Shown here piece by piece: positions 62,210 through 64,000 of a stretch of DNA of 64,000 nt. The position numbers were made by a program, and so were the translations under genes. The notes under the pieces were generated by a model, which worked only from the letters and a program-made list of their open reading frames with translations, was not told the origin of the DNA and did not search any database. Source of the stretch: Eledone cirrhosa (Eukaryota); assembly GCA_964016885.1 (NCBI GenBank), contig OZ024741.1, positions 144,150,001 to 144,214,000 of the forward strand. Direction: 5' to 3'. How positions within the stretch are numbered: the stretch's first letter is position 1; each line of letters opens with the position of its first letter.

Positions 62210-62670
62210 AAGAATGAATATTTGAATAGGAAGCCTTTAAAATGGATGGGTTGCATCATAGAACTAGAACCACTTTCGTATGGGTTGGTTTCACATGTGT
62301 TAAGATCATTGAAGCCGTTTAGATAGTAACAAAATATGTTATTTATCCTATGTAACTGATTAGGCAGATCTGTAATTAAAGATGTTATTACCATGCCTAT
62401 AAAGTTAAAGATTACCATGCCTATAAAGTTAAAGGTGTATTATTCATGCCTATAAAGTTTATAACACTGTATCTAAGAAAATATTATTCAATATCTTCTC
62501 TCTTTTTAAGACAGTAAAGTGTGATTTGGTGTGTAGGCGTCGGAATCTCAGCTATTTTTAGCAAATTGAGTTGTCACATTTCTGGCCGATGCATCAAATG
62601 TCATAGAGTAGGGTGAAAAGTATACACGATTGAAGAGACCACAATTTTGAGCAAGGCAATAATGGCTTAC

Positions 62671-62748
62671 CGAACCATCGATGGGTGGAGTAATGTCTTG
62701 AAGTGTGACCTCAATGTTTTTGACATCATTCAAACAAGTGGGAAACAG
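62671..62748 (-). other. Candidate 78-nt internal coding exon (phase 0/0) of an unknown host gene
   Basis: Strong polypyrimidine acceptor ttctctttctttatttcactctag and donor TCG|gtaagc. Only one open frame: LFPTCLNDVKNIEVTLQDITPPIDGS. Confidence 0.45.
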
Positions 62749-63034
62749 CTAGAGTGAAATAAAGAAAGAGAATGGGATTGTGAGTATGAGAGAGAAAGAG
62801 AGAGAGAGATAGAGATAGATAGAGAGATAGATAGAGAGAGAGAAACGTGTGAAAGAGAGAAAGAAATTTCTCTAGATTTATAAAGCAGTGCCGAAGGCTG
62901 AAGTCAACCATGAATCATACTATCGAAGTGTGGCCAGTGCATTGAGGCAAGACAAACTACCCTCACGTTTGTATGTAAATGTCTCTATGTATGTGTGAGA
63001 GTGCTTATGAATGTGTGTTTATGTGTGTATGTGA

Positions 63035-63134
<100 letters not shown>

Positions 63135-63451
63135 ACGTGTTTGCATAAACATGTTCATGTGAATAATTTCCGTTTATATGCTTTGTCAAGCTTGAAGCAG
63201 AAAGCTACTGCAGCGGACTATGGTGGAAGTAATGAGGAAGAGGACAGCGGTAATGATTGCGATGACAATCATAGTGATGATGATGATGATCGTTACGATG
63301 GGAACGATGATGGTAATAATGAAGAGGAGGGAGAAGATGGTGATATAATTGTATATGTGTATATCTGCATGTGTGTTTATATGTATGCATATTTGTGTTT
63401 ATGTAGTCACGTGTGTATGCGCGTACGTTTCCCTTTCTTTCTCCACACACA

Positions 63452-63551
<100 letters not shown>

Positions 63552-64000
63552 TTGTGTGTGTGTGGGGGTGTCCATTACATATTTCCAAATATTTGTCTGT
63601 GTGTAAGTCCACCCCACAACCCTCCTATTCTATGTAGATATCGCCTGCTTTCTGTTGTCATCGTATTACTGAATCATTTTTTTTACTTCTCTACATCGTT
63701 CCGTAATTTTCCCTCTTATACTACCACCACCTCTTACTTCCACTCACCTACCTTTTTTTTTTTCATTTTTGTGTCTTTTCATTGTCTTTCACTAGAAATT
63801 GCGTTTTTTTAAAATCCTTATTTCTCGTTGAAGAATCTCAGCTGTTTTCGTTCTGAGTTCAAATCACGCTATCACCTATTTGAGTCGTACACTTAGTCTG
63901 CCGTTCAGTTTAATACCACCATCTGACCATTTACAGGGTAATTCATATTTTCAGGTATGTTTACATGCTTACATATTAAATATATTTATATTTATATACA

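Overview
Eukaryotic, microsatellite- and transposon-rich genomic DNA with no complete host gene. The SINE and microsatellite landscape resembles an octopus/cephalopod genome (inference). The first 33 kb is dominated by non-LTR retrotransposons. (1) One apparently intact full-length L1/Tx1-clade element (family B, minus strand; ORF1 with a CCHC knuckle, 1145-aa APE-RT ORF2) plus two partial relatives, all bordered by (TATC)n/(GATA)n. (2) Three decayed copies of a second Tx1-like family (A), all bordered by (TTA)n. (3) A 5'-truncated RTE element with three C-terminal C2H2 fingers. (4) An internally deleted RTE derivative with a ~200-nt 5' hairpin. The region from 36 to 64 kb holds remnants of R4-like, CRE-like and CR1-like LINEs, many tRNA-type SINEs, a 4.7-kb 29-bp satellite and a few candidate host exons. 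It also carries at least 8 recognisable type-I hammerhead ribozyme motifs, plus decayed ones. These lie in short non-coding repeat units (~325, ~428 and ~675 nt) found as partial tandems, circular permutations and inversions, i.e. a retrozyme/Penelope-like system. Other highlights are a perfect splice donor overlapping the ORF1 stop in both Tx1 families, a ~250-bp inverted repeat pair 14 kb apart, and a family of co-varying ~100-bp palindromes.
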